Below, one piece after another: positions 47,842 to 57,770 of a stretch of DNA of 64,000 nucleotides (positions within the stretch are counted from its first letter, which is position 1; each line of letters begins with the position of its first letter). The notes beneath the pieces are model-generated. The model worked only from the letters and a program-made list of their open reading frames with translations, made no database searches and had not been told where the DNA came from. The DNA comes from Obrimoposthia wandeli (lineage: Eukaryota): NCBI GenBank assembly GCA_977020255.1, contig CDROCS010000998.1, positions 62,001 to 126,000 on the forward strand, read 5' to 3'. The position numbers and the translations under genes were made by a program.

Positions 47842-48942
47842 TTAAACCTTTGGAATTTGCTGGGTAATACAGTGAATATTTCCACCACCCAATAATATTT
47901 CACGCGCATCCACACCCGTTACTTCGTAGTTTGGATATAAATCAGCTAACAGCATCGCGACGTCTTTATCGTGTTTATCATCCAGCAACGGATAAATAAT
48001 ATGATTATTGGAAATAAGGTAGTTAGCATAAGAACCCGCTAAACGCTCGCCCGGTACTCGCTCCATCCCTTCTGATACATCAACACCATTAGCTTCATCG
48101 TCTGTAATATACAGTGGCCCCGGCATCGGCAGTTTATGGACTTTGATCTGGCGTCCATTAGCATCAGTTTCGGTTAATAATACATCCATCGCTTTGCGTG
48201 AAATAAGGTACTGAGGATCCGTTTCATCATCACACCAAGTCAGTGCAATTTCTCCTGGGCGTACAATGTGAATTAAGTTATCAACGTGACCGTTGGTTTC
48301 ATCGTTATACAGGCCTTGAGGAATCCATATAACCTTCTCAATAGAGAGGGTTGCTTTCAATACATTTTCAATCTCTTCACGCGTTAAATCGGGATTACGG
48401 CTTGGGTGAAGCAAACATTCTTCGGTGGTGTATAGCGTTCCTTCGCCATCCACATGAATAGAGCCGCCTTCCAATACGATAGAGGCGCGATAACTATCGT
48501 CACCTAATGTTTCACACACTTTGCGTGCGACAGCGTCGTCTTTATCCCATGGAAAATAGAGCCCATCAACCAATCCGCCCCACGCATTAAAGTGCCAATC
48601 AACACCGCGTCGCTCACCGTGATCATTCACCACATATGAAGGGCCAATATCACGCATCCAAGAATCATCAGTACTCATTTCTAGTACCTGAATATAACTT
48701 GGCAATACTACGCGGGCATTTTCAAATTGCTCAGCACTTACCACCATAGTGACAGGCGTTGTTTTCGCAATGGCTTTGGCTACTGCCACAAACGTCGCTT
48801 GCGCGGGCTTTGCACCATAACGCCAATTATCGGTACGCTCTGGCCATGCCATCCATATAGCAGATTGAGGCTCGTGCTCTGCTGGCATTCTAAATCCATC
48901 TTGCTTTGGGCTTGTGCTTAATTGTTTAGTCATGATGTTCAC
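47842..48942 (-). CDS. aguA: Agmatine deiminase
   Basis: RMPAEHEP, WMRDIGP, EGGSIHVDGEGT, TNGHVDN, GGGNIHCITQQIP. Confidence 0.96.
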   Translation of the reverse strand: MNIMTKQLSTSPKQDGFRMPAEHEPQSAIWMAWPERTDNWRYGAKPAQATFVAVAKAIAKTTPVTMVVSAEQFENARVVLPSYIQVLEMSTDDSWMRDIGPSYVVNDHGERRGVDWHFNAWGGLVDGLYFPWDKDDAVARKVCETLGDDSYRASIVLEGGSIHVDGEGTLYTTEECLLHPSRNPDLTREEIENVLKATLSIEKVIWIPQGLYNDETNGHVDNLIHIVRPGEIALTWCDDETDPQYLISRKAMDVLLTETDANGRQIKVHKLPMPGPLYITDDEANGVDVSEGMERVPGERLAGSYANYLISNNHIIYPLLDDKHDKDVAMLLADLYPNYEVTGVDAREILLGGGNIHCITQQIPKV

Positions 48943-48966
48943 CTTTATAATTTATATATACCATCG

Positions 48967-50385
48967 CTATGCAGTATGTTCTTGGTAATCTTCTGATTTA
49001 TTGGCCTGTTTTTTCTTAGACACAGCCAACTTCAATAAATATTCACCAATCGCAATAGTCAGCAACACGCCAATTAATACGGGTGCGCTATAGGTCCAAT
49101 TAACAGAGAGCGAAATCAAATCAGGGAAAATAAACAACACAACTGCCTGTGCAATAGTCAGGAAACACACAATGCTTAATAACCACTGCACGCCCATGCC
49201 ACCAGGTACACGGAAAGGACGCTCACATTGGCTATCACTAATGCGTAGCTTCAAATAAGACGGGAACATGAATAAATAAGGTAGAAGGAAAATACAGCTT
49301 GAAAATGCAAACACTGACCAGAATAATTCATCACTGCTTTGAGCAAATATAGCATACGCAAGAATAACCGCCGTCGAAAGCGCACCAGTAATATTATTGG
49401 CACCGATAGGGGTGTTATGCTTTTTAGACATCTTACCGACGACATCAGGCAGTTCGCCTTCACTGGCGGCTTCTGCTGCTGCACGGCTTGCGCCCATTGT
49501 CCATGTCACCATATTACCAATGAAGGTCAGCAGTGCCATTGTGCCGATAATATAGACCATCATCTGACCAAAATCACCGTCACCAAACAATTTACGTAAC
49601 GTATCGATAATACCAGCCACTAGACCAATATCTTGAACGGGCAATGCCATCAAAATACCGACAGTTCCAAACACATAAAGAAAGGCGGTAATGATTGCGG
49701 CAAGGAAAATAGCCTTGGGCATATCACGCACATCTTTCATTTCTTTGGTCATGGTTGCGACAAGCTCGAAACCCATCAAATTAAACACCAAAGCGGGCAG
49801 AAAGGCGACCCCAGTATCTAGACTTGGCATCATGGCAGAAAAGCTAAATTCATTCGCAACACCATGTTTTGCGGCGTAAATAAAACCACCGAAACCCAGT
49901 ACAGAAATAACCACTATTTTTAGTATTGCGCCAATATTTGTAACCCAAACGCCCACATCGACCGATACATTACAAATCCAAATCGTTAACCATGTTAGTA
50001 CGATACAAATAACGACTTGCCAGAGTAAAGATAATCCAGGGAAAAATAATTCAGCAAACATCCCCGCAAACATAATATAAACTGCAGGCATCCATAACCC
50101 GACATTTATCCAATAAAACCAGGTTGTTCTTACCGCCCATTTATAACCAAAGGCTTTTTTAACCCAATCATAAATCCCCCCTTCACCGGGGTAGGTTGTA
50201 CTTAATTCAGACGTAATTAATCCATAAGGAATAACAAAAACAACCAGTGTTAGAATCCACCAGCCAATTGAACTCACCCCTATCGATGCTGAAGCCGTTA
50301 ATGTATCAACCACAATAACGGCGCATAAACTAAAGAGAGCTAGACTTGTAACCCCCATCTTTCCTGTCGATGCTTGCGTATCCAT
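48967..50385 (-). CDS. APC-family amino acid/polyamine permease, probable agmatine:putrescine antiporter
   Basis: 12 TM; YPGEGGIYDW, GFE motif; co-oriented directly upstream of aguA. Confidence 0.88.
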   Translation of the reverse strand: MDTQASTGKMGVTSLALFSLCAVIVVDTLTASASIGVSSIGWWILTLVVFVIPYGLITSELSTTYPGEGGIYDWVKKAFGYKWAVRTTWFYWINVGLWMPAVYIMFAGMFAELFFPGLSLLWQVVICIVLTWLTIWICNVSVDVGVWVTNIGAILKIVVISVLGFGGFIYAAKHGVANEFSFSAMMPSLDTGVAFLPALVFNLMGFELVATMTKEMKDVRDMPKAIFLAAIITAFLYVFGTVGILMALPVQDIGLVAGIIDTLRKLFGDGDFGQMMVYIIGTMALLTFIGNMVTWTMGASRAAAEAASEGELPDVVGKMSKKHNTPIGANNITGALSTAVILAYAIFAQSSDELFWSVFAFSSCIFLLPYLFMFPSYLKLRISDSQCERPFRVPGGMGVQWLLSIVCFLTIAQAVVLFIFPDLISLSVNWTYSAPVLIGVLLTIAIGEYLLKLAVSKKKQANKSEDYQEHTA

Positions 50386-50488
50386 AATCCATCTCCATGA
50401 TTATTCAAACGTATGATATTTATTTTCATCTAAGATTTTTCACTTGTTGGTTATTATCTAAACAGAGCTAGCAGCATTGTTTCGTTAT

Positions 50489-50504
50489 TAGAATCACTTA
50501 TCGA
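50489..50504. promoter_or_regulatory. Candidate TetR operator copy 1 (agu permease promoter)
   Basis: TAGAATCACTTATCGA, 14/16 identical to the reverse complement of 51694-51709. Confidence 0.45.
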
Positions 50505-50672
50505 CGAGTTCACCTTTAATGATGACAAAGGCGTGATCTGAAATTCAGATATAGCGACTCAACCCCTCTTATTCGATAAAATTGATTCTGATCAAGTGAG
50601 TAAGATGCCATTAAGGGATACTTTTGATGCCAACCAGTATTGTTAGATAAATCATTAAACAGGGAGAGTGGC

Positions 50673-50732
50673 ATGGAAAATAACAAACCTATCATTGTTG
50701 TTGCTGTAGGCGGCAATGCATTATTTCCATAA
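50673..50732 (+). pseudogene. arcC: 19-codon N-terminal relic of carbamate kinase
   Basis: GGGAG RBS; MENNKPIIVVAVGGNALFP* matches the ArcC N-terminal V(A/V)xGGNAL motif. Confidence 0.75.
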
Positions 50733-50790
50733 TATAAGAACAATAGTGGCTCAAACAATCTGGATGTATACAAAAAAATAAGAGGGCGAG

Positions 50791-51414
50791 ATGAAAAAGG
50801 AATCAACAGATCAAAGACTTAAACGGATTCATAAAGCTATCACTCATCTTGTCGCTCATCGTGACGTCAATTCAATCTCTATTTATGATGTCGCCAAAGA
50901 AGCCGCTATTGCAGCCTCTACCGTTTATCATCATTACCCTAATATTGAAGCGTTAATATACGAATTGATGGAAGATATTTTCGTTGATTTCACAAACGTC
51001 TTACAAGACTCTATCATCACTGAAAATATTTATCATTGGAGTGATATCAACCGGATGATTGAACAAGGGTTTGTCACTTACTACAGTAATAACCCACTTG
51101 TTCAGCGCATCTTACTTGGGCAACACATATACGCTTCTATCCGCCATGCCGATGCACAAAATGACCTCTTACTGGCCGAACATGTTGAAGCGATTTATCG
51201 TCAATATTTTGTATTGCCAGAGCTACCCACCAATGTAAATATTTTTGCCATCGCTTTGCAAGTTGCCGATAAAGTTTACTCAATGAACTACCGAGAAAAT
51301 GGCAGTATTCCACCAGAAATGGCACGTGAAGCGATCACGTTAACAGAAGCCTATTTAGGGACTTACCTACCTAAGAATTTGCCCAAAAAGTCAATAGAAG
51401 CAATCACACACTAA
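50791..51414 (+). CDS. TetR/AcrR family regulator (AguR-like by context)
   Basis: ISIYDVAKEAAIAASTVYHHYPN HTH; inside the agmatine locus. Confidence 0.9.
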   Translation: MKKESTDQRLKRIHKAITHLVAHRDVNSISIYDVAKEAAIAASTVYHHYPNIEALIYELMEDIFVDFTNVLQDSIITENIYHWSDINRMIEQGFVTYYSNNPLVQRILLGQHIYASIRHADAQNDLLLAEHVEAIYRQYFVLPELPTNVNIFAIALQVADKVYSMNYRENGSIPPEMAREAITLTEAYLGTYLPKNLPKKSIEAITH

Positions 51415-51503
51415 TTGATGACATTTTAGTTTTAACACCGCTTCGCCTCATTACAAACGTTTATAACTGGTCAGTTATAAGCGTTTTTTGGCTGCCTATT
51501 ATT

Positions 51504-51550
51504 TATAGCCAAGCAGCCTCTAGATGCTCGTTCCAGCGAGGATTTGTTGG
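51504..51550. repeat. ERIC-like dispersed repeat remnant (family B)
   Basis: TATAGCCAAGC...CTCGTTCCAGCGAGGATTTGTTG, similar to 63440-63475. Confidence 0.5.
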
Positions 51551-51693
51551 GTTCTAGGCAGGCGCTTATTTATAGACCTAGCGATTTAGATGGCACTATT
51601 CAAACATCAGAATCAAATATCGACTATTCGCCTCAGAACAAACAACCATTTGTGATTAATACCGTAAACATTTTCTGTTTATTTAAAAATAAA

Positions 51694-51709
51694 CCGATTA
51701 GTGATTCTA
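51694..51709. promoter_or_regulatory. Candidate TetR operator copy 2 (transcarbamylase promoter)
   Basis: CCGATTAGTGATTCTA (reverse complement TAGAATCACTAATCGG). Confidence 0.45.
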
Positions 51710-51830
51710 GTTTAAGAATTAATAATCGCAACAGCACATAATAAAAACATAAAGAATAGATAGAACATATTATTAAATATCGAATTCATTACACACTTCG
51801 ATTATAACTGTTATTTAGAAGGGAAATATT

Positions 51831-52877
51831 ATGAAAATGCCATCTTCAAGCGCTACAGATCTTAATAAAGAAGGTTTACGTCATTTCCTAAAAACTCAAG
51901 ATTATTCTAAAAAAGAGTTAAACGATATTCTTGAATTAATGGCAATGCTAAAACAAGCGCGTCATGACAATGCATTGCCCCAGCTCTTCAAAGGTAAATC
52001 TGTTGCTATGATTTTCGAGCAACCTTCGACTCGAACACGTGTCTCTTTTGAAACAGCCGCAACAATGCTTGGTGGCCATGCTTTATTCTTGTCGCCAAAA
52101 GATATTCACCTCGGTGGTAAAGAATCACTTGAAGATACAGCGCGAGTATTGTCTCGTATGGTTGATGTTATTATGGCGCGTGTTGATGATCACAGCACGG
52201 TTGCAGGCTTAGCAGAACAAGCAACTGTTCCTGTTATCAATGGATTATGTGACTGGTTACACCCAACTCAAATTATGGCTGATTTGTTTACCATGCTTGA
52301 GCATCTACCTGAAGGTAAAACCCTTCGCGATTTAACCGTTGCCTTTGTGGGTGATGCCACCAACGTTGCTTCTTCGCTGATGTTTGCATGTACTAAGTTT
52401 GGCATGACCTTCAAACATATCTGCCCTGAACGCTTTAAAGCACCACAAAAATGGATCGATATTGCTTTAGACAACTGTGAAACATCTAATGGTAAGCTCG
52501 TTATTACCGATAATACTGACGAAGTTGCTGGCTGTGACATTATTGTTGCCGATAGCTTCTACTGGTTTGGCCAGGAAGATGAAAAAGACATTCGTCTTTC
52601 GACGTTTATCCCTGATTACGTTGTGACTGAAAGCATGATGGAAAAAGCAGGACCCGATGCAATGTTCATGCACTGCTTACCAGCCAATGATCAACGCGAA
52701 TGTACTCGAGAAGTGATGGAGTCACCACGTTCTGTTATTTTTGATGAAGCAGAAAACCGCCTAACAGCCCAAATGGCACTATTAGTTTACTTCACTCACA
52801 ATCATATTAAACAACCAAGCCAAGAAACACTGGCTGAACACAAAATGAAAATTGAAAATTTCTTAAAAACATTATAA
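51831..52877 (+). CDS. Putrescine-transcarbamylase-like carbamoyltransferase
   Basis: STRTR, HPTQ and HCLP transcarbamylase motifs; LPEGKTL, FVGDAT and an extra C-terminal helix as in PtcA/AguB; no SMG motif; next to aguA. Confidence 0.75.
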   Translation: MKMPSSSATDLNKEGLRHFLKTQDYSKKELNDILELMAMLKQARHDNALPQLFKGKSVAMIFEQPSTRTRVSFETAATMLGGHALFLSPKDIHLGGKESLEDTARVLSRMVDVIMARVDDHSTVAGLAEQATVPVINGLCDWLHPTQIMADLFTMLEHLPEGKTLRDLTVAFVGDATNVASSLMFACTKFGMTFKHICPERFKAPQKWIDIALDNCETSNGKLVITDNTDEVAGCDIIVADSFYWFGQEDEKDIRLSTFIPDYVVTESMMEKAGPDAMFMHCLPANDQRECTREVMESPRSVIFDEAENRLTAQMALLVYFTHNHIKQPSQETLAEHKMKIENFLKTL

Positions 52878-52897
52878 ATAATACCTACAAAATGAGT

Positions 52898-52944
52898 AAA
52901 AAAAAGAGCATGCAATCATTATGATTACATGCTCTTTTTAGGGT
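52898..52944. repeat. Terminator-like palindrome family C, left copy
   Basis: AAAAAAAAGAGCATGCAATCATTATGATTACATGCTCTTTTTAGGGT. Confidence 0.85.
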
Positions 52945-52954
52945 TTAATTCAAC

Positions 52955-54208
52955 TTATTGGTGGCGTTCTGCCGTAACCTTGATCACTTCTATCACCACA
53001 TCACTTGCGGCTTGCAAAGATTTCACCGGAAGGTATTCATAAATCGAATGAAAATTATGTGCGCCTGTAAAAATATTCGGACACGGTAAGCCTTTTTGCG
53101 ATAATACTGCACCATCGTAACCGCCACGCATCGGGATCGCTTTCATCACAATGCCATTTCGTGCATAAGCTTCTTTGGCGATATCTATCGGGAAGCTCGC
53201 TTCGCCTTCTAAACTGTTTGCCACATTTTCGTAACGATCATCCAATTGAATTGAAATTGCAGACTCGCCCCACAGCTTTCCACAGCTGTCTGACAAGCTT
53301 TGTAAAAAGCACATACGATCGCGATAACCTTGCTGAGAAAAGTCACGGATGTCCATCTTCAGTATCGTTTTCGCACTATTACCCGCCATTTCTTTCACCC
53401 AATAATACCCTTCACGTCCATCGGTATATTGTGGCGCTTCGCCAGCAGGTAGCATGCTAATAAATTGGTGTGCCATTAATAACGAATTCTTGAGCTTTCC
53501 TTTGGCAGACATAGGGTGAGCAGATTGCCCAGTAAACGTCACGACTGCATTACCCGCATTCCAGTTTTCATGCACAAATTCACCAATGCCGCAGCAATCT
53601 AGGGTATAGCCAAAGTCAGCGCCAAAGCTCTCAACATCAAACGCTTTTGCACCGCGTAACCCTTGTTCTTCATCCGGCACAAATGCCACTTTGACCGTGC
53701 CGTGCGGAATCTCTGGATTGGCCTTTAACACCTGTAATGCATGCATGATGGCGGCAATAGCGGCTTTGTCATCGGCACCTAATAAGCTCGTACCATCGGT
53801 GACTAAAATGTCATCACCAACGTAATCGCCAAGCTCTGGAAACTCGCTCTCTTTAAGCACTATATCCAATGCCGAATTCAAGCAAATATCTCCCCCTTGG
53901 TAGTGAACAATTTGCGCGCGAGTATCATTCGTTTGCTCGGCACTGGTATCTAAATGAGCAAAAAATGATACCGTCGGAATCGTTTTCTCTCCCTGAACTG
54001 AAGGAATATTTGCAGGTAAAGTGGCTGTAAGAATTGCGGTATCACGCAATACAATATCTTCCATACCTAATGCATCGAGTTCTTTCGCCAACAGCTGCGC
54101 CAATTCCATCTGACCATCAGAAGAAGGCATGATACCAGCAGCACCTTTCTCACGGCTCGTTGTCGTATTAATGCGGGTGTAATGTAAGAAACGATCAACA
54201 ATGTTCAT
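52955..54208 (-). CDS. pepT: Peptidase T (M20B tripeptide aminopeptidase)-like
   Basis: FAHLDTS, LLGADDKAAIA, PDEEQG, RGGYDG, HNFHSIYEY; GGAG RBS before ATG 54208. Confidence 0.92.
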   Translation of the reverse strand: MNIVDRFLHYTRINTTTSREKGAAGIMPSSDGQMELAQLLAKELDALGMEDIVLRDTAILTATLPANIPSVQGEKTIPTVSFFAHLDTSAEQTNDTRAQIVHYQGGDICLNSALDIVLKESEFPELGDYVGDDILVTDGTSLLGADDKAAIAAIMHALQVLKANPEIPHGTVKVAFVPDEEQGLRGAKAFDVESFGADFGYTLDCCGIGEFVHENWNAGNAVVTFTGQSAHPMSAKGKLKNSLLMAHQFISMLPAGEAPQYTDGREGYYWVKEMAGNSAKTILKMDIRDFSQQGYRDRMCFLQSLSDSCGKLWGESAISIQLDDRYENVANSLEGEASFPIDIAKEAYARNGIVMKAIPMRGGYDGAVLSQKGLPCPNIFTGAHNFHSIYEYLPVKSLQAASDVVIEVIKVTAERHQ

Positions 54209-54346
54209 GTATAACTCCAACGCTTTGCATGATTTTGAGAACAGCCTTAATGAATAATGAGGCTGTTCTCAGTAAACGGTCGCACGATGCTTCAACATGC
54301 TTTTTGTGCGACCTGATGACATATCGTTATTTTCAATTTGACGTGG

Positions 54347-55708
54347 TTAGACCAAAATTTGAGAGCAAATCAGTACAGTCAATAAGCCACCAAGCATCGG
54401 AATCGCGGTACGCTTTGCCAACTCGATTGGCGAAATATTAGCCACACCTGCACACGCAATGACAACACCAGCGACTGGTGACGCTGAACGCATTAAACCT
54501 GCTGCTAATTGCATTGGTAATGCAACGTGCGCGGCCGCTGTACCCACTTGTGCAGCCACATCAGGTGCCAAGTTAGAAAAGCTAAAGAACGAAGCATTGC
54601 CTGAACCTGACAGCATCGTCACCATCACAATAATCAGTACTAATACCACCACCATAGCCAAATAACCTAACCCCATACTAGATGCCGAGCTAAGTAATAA
54701 ATCAATAAAGCCAATCGTCGTTAAGCCAGTTACGAATACCTGAGCAGAAATGATTAAACTCACGACACCAGTAAATACGTTACCCATTCCCTCTAAGTAC
54801 ACTTTTAGTGACGCTGCCACTTGCTTACCATCACGTGTGTAAATGTAGTCACATACCATAGACACAAACAAAGCAATGAACATCGCCGTTACCACATCCA
54901 TACGAACTGAAGTGACGGCAAACTTACTGAATGTTAGTAGTAACATCAACGGCAATACAGGCAAAATTGCAAACCACTTAGGCGCATCACGTTGTTCTTT
55001 TGCATCAATATTAAATACGTGAGTTACACCCTTTTCTGCATCTTTCTGATCAAAGTAACGCTGACATACAAAGTGTAGCGCTGCGATCACCACCATAGCG
55101 ACTATCGCAACGGGAAATTGATAGCTCGCAAAATACGTTGCAACATCAATGCCCGATACTTCTGCTGCTTTGTTCGCGGCTGAAGAGGCAGGCCCTAAAT
55201 CCAAACAGCCCGTTGTCGCAACCACTGCCGCCGCAGCCGCTGGGTTACAGCCAACCCCCACAAGTACTGGATACATCGCCACCAATAACAACAGCGCTAA
55301 ACCTGTCGCACTCGGGATGAAAATATTGATCAACTGACCAATAATGTACGCCAGTGCTAACACTAGGTACGGGTTTTTAATGTGAGAAAGTGGCTTAGTC
55401 GCAATCTGGACCATCGCATTCGCAGCACCAATATGCCCCATATATTTCGAAAAGCCACCCACAGCCATAATGATTAAACCTAACTTCGCCAATGTTGATG
55501 ACGAAATAACTTTAATCACTTCAAAAAAGTCGACGATGATAGCGCCGGTTGGGGTTCCCCCTTTAGGAAGAAAATCTGTCGTACCGTTTAGTACACCAAG
55601 CGCGATCATTAATAAACCAGCAAGGAATAATACTGCTTGGGTATTATATTTTTTAACAATAAAATACCCGACACCGAATATCGTCGGCAACGCTAATAAA
55701 GTAATCAT
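54347..55708 (-). CDS. dcuC: DcuC/DcuD-family transporter
   Basis: LGLIIMAVGGFSKYMGHIGA, IFIPSATGL, GSGNASFFSF, GLMRSASPVAGVVIA. Confidence 0.85.
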   Translation of the reverse strand: MITLLALPTIFGVGYFIVKKYNTQAVLFLAGLLMIALGVLNGTTDFLPKGGTPTGAIIVDFFEVIKVISSSTLAKLGLIIMAVGGFSKYMGHIGAANAMVQIATKPLSHIKNPYLVLALAYIIGQLINIFIPSATGLALLLLVAMYPVLVGVGCNPAAAAAVVATTGCLDLGPASSAANKAAEVSGIDVATYFASYQFPVAIVAMVVIAALHFVCQRYFDQKDAEKGVTHVFNIDAKEQRDAPKWFAILPVLPLMLLLTFSKFAVTSVRMDVVTAMFIALFVSMVCDYIYTRDGKQVAASLKVYLEGMGNVFTGVVSLIISAQVFVTGLTTIGFIDLLLSSASSMGLGYLAMVVVLVLIIVMVTMLSGSGNASFFSFSNLAPDVAAQVGTAAAHVALPMQLAAGLMRSASPVAGVVIACAGVANISPIELAKRTAIPMLGGLLTVLICSQILV

Positions 55709-55879
55709 TCAAGACCTCATTATCTTACAGTCATAGTAGGGTTGCTCATCTGAAATAAATGAGCATAAATCAAAACACGTTTATATTTATAGAAACTACA
55801 GGTGTACAAAGTTGCACTCCCATTCATTAATGAATGACAGTTATATATCAATTATTTACCTTAGCGATAATCTAATTAA

Positions 55880-56725
55880 CTAGAAGACCCTGAACTCATC
55901 AAATAAACTTTCAATACGTTTAAAGCGATTGTTTTTTTCTTTCTGTTTTGAAAGACCTTTAATAAAAGCTTCTATCAACACAAAGCCAGAAGCTCGATTA
56001 TTAAAGAAACCTTCACTACCACTTTCAACCGCAAACTGAATATCACAATACGCCACAAACGGATTTACAGGCTGATCGGTAACAAAAATAATGCGGCCAC
56101 CGAACTGATGAAACCACTTCACTAAACGGACAGTAATCGTCGAAAAACGGTGGTAAGAAATTGCAAATAAAGTATCGTCTTCTGTCACATCCACCAGTTG
56201 ATGTGGCAATGTCGATATATCTGCTTTCAACCACACCACATCTTTGCGTAAGTACCTAGCCAGCAAAAAGAAATAGTTGGCTAAGGCTTCTGATGAGGCA
56301 CTACCTATTACATATAACTTTCCTTTCGGGTTCTGCATATACCCAATCGCGCGTTCGAAATCTTCCTCCGAGATTGATGCAAAGGTTTTTGTCATATTCG
56401 ACATCACTTCATCATAGTGCTTCGTCAATATACTTTGTTCATTATCAGCATGTTGCGTAACTTCATAACGTTCAGCGGGTGTCGTCAACGTTTGAGCTAA
56501 ATCATCGGCAACATGTTTTTTGAATTCCAAAAACCCACTGAAACCTAAATGCTGTAAAAAGCGCCCTAATGTCGCTTTACCAACCCCAATCTGCTTACAT
56601 AACTCATCAATTTTAGCAAACGGCAGCATGGTATAATGCTTCATAAAATACTGAGTAATACGTTCTTCTGCTACGGTCAGCGACCCTAATCCATTTACCG
56701 TATTGATGAAGTCTTTCTTATCCAT
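55880..56725 (-). CDS. MurR/RpiR family regulator (HTH + SIS)
   Basis: LTVAEERITQY, ATLGRFLQHLGFSGFLEFK; SIS domain. Confidence 0.9.
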   Translation of the reverse strand: MDKKDFINTVNGLGSLTVAEERITQYFMKHYTMLPFAKIDELCKQIGVGKATLGRFLQHLGFSGFLEFKKHVADDLAQTLTTPAERYEVTQHADNEQSILTKHYDEVMSNMTKTFASISEEDFERAIGYMQNPKGKLYVIGSASSEALANYFFLLARYLRKDVVWLKADISTLPHQLVDVTEDDTLFAISYHRFSTITVRLVKWFHQFGGRIIFVTDQPVNPFVAYCDIQFAVESGSEGFFNNRASGFVLIEAFIKGLSKQKEKNNRFKRIESLFDEFRVF

Positions 56726-57030
56726 GGGGCTTATTTCCCAAATCTTTATTCTGTGGGATATATTTCCACTTACCCTATGATACTTACAAGGGAATTAGAT
56801 TTTCCCACGCTAAATTTGTGACTAACACACACAATAAGTATGGAATTAGCAATTCGTTGATTTAAATAAAATAAATAGAAACAAAGCTGATGTGATTTAC
56901 TTACATAAAACAAACATAAAAACACAACCACACCTAATAATATAATTATATATAAGTGATGATAATCATATATAAAACTAATGATAATAGTCACATCACT
57001 ACGTATAATAAATAAGCCGCTTTATTATTC

Positions 57031-57075
57031 AAAAAAAAGAGCATGTAATCATTCGATTTCATGCCCTTTTAGGGT
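57031..57075. repeat. Terminator-like palindrome family C, right copy
   Basis: AAAAAAAAGAGCATGTAATCATTCGATTTCATGCCCTTTTAGGGT, same orientation as 52898. Confidence 0.85.
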
Positions 57076-57125
57076 ACGTCACTTTAAAAAGATCCACATT
57101 ATCGTATTCAATTTCTTCTTTTTAA

Positions 57126-57770
57126 TTACCAATGCTCAACATCAACAATTTCAGCACTGATAAAGTAAATCGAATGTTTCGGCACAGAGAAAGTAATAGG
57201 ATTACCTTTCTGCTGTGTTTTCGCTCTGAAATACGTATCAGGAAGGCGTTTTATTGATGACCAAATTTTTGCCTCCTCACTACCGATTTGATTCCCTTTT
57301 TCATCACTTAAGGTAACCTTTACAATCACTGTAACAACCGATTGCAGACTCTGATTTGTCATCATTGTAGGAATAACAAGCACACCATTGTCATACTCGG
57401 CTGCTGTAAGTAAAACATCAACGCCACTATTACTCAGTTGTTGAATGTTTTTACTCGCACCCAACTCTACGCGCGCGCCTTTAGGTGCCCGAGTAAGAGG
57501 AATCGCACTCACCACAGGAATAGCTGCAGCACTCTTCGTAATACTAGAGGCTGTTGGTACGATTGGTACTGCGCTTGTTGTTTCGATTGGCGTCGATTTC
57601 ACTTCTACAGGTAAAACGGTCGTCTTTATTGCTGGGTATTCCCATGTGAAGTCATCATGTAATACAACTTGTCGACCATCTTCTAACATCACCACTTTAT
57701 CTGCTGCCCAAGCACTATTTGTTGCTGTTAGGGCTATCAATACCCCACACAACTGGCTTATTCTTTTCAT
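57126..57770 (-). CDS. Secreted DUF3157-like protein
   Basis: Signal peptide; LEDGRQVVLHDDFTWEY motif. Confidence 0.75.
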   Translation of the reverse strand: MKRISQLCGVLIALTATNSAWAADKVVMLEDGRQVVLHDDFTWEYPAIKTTVLPVEVKSTPIETTSAVPIVPTASSITKSAAAIPVVSAIPLTRAPKGARVELGASKNIQQLSNSGVDVLLTAAEYDNGVLVIPTMMTNQSLQSVVTVIVKVTLSDEKGNQIGSEEAKIWSSIKRLPDTYFRAKTQQKGNPITFSVPKHSIYFISAEIVDVEHW

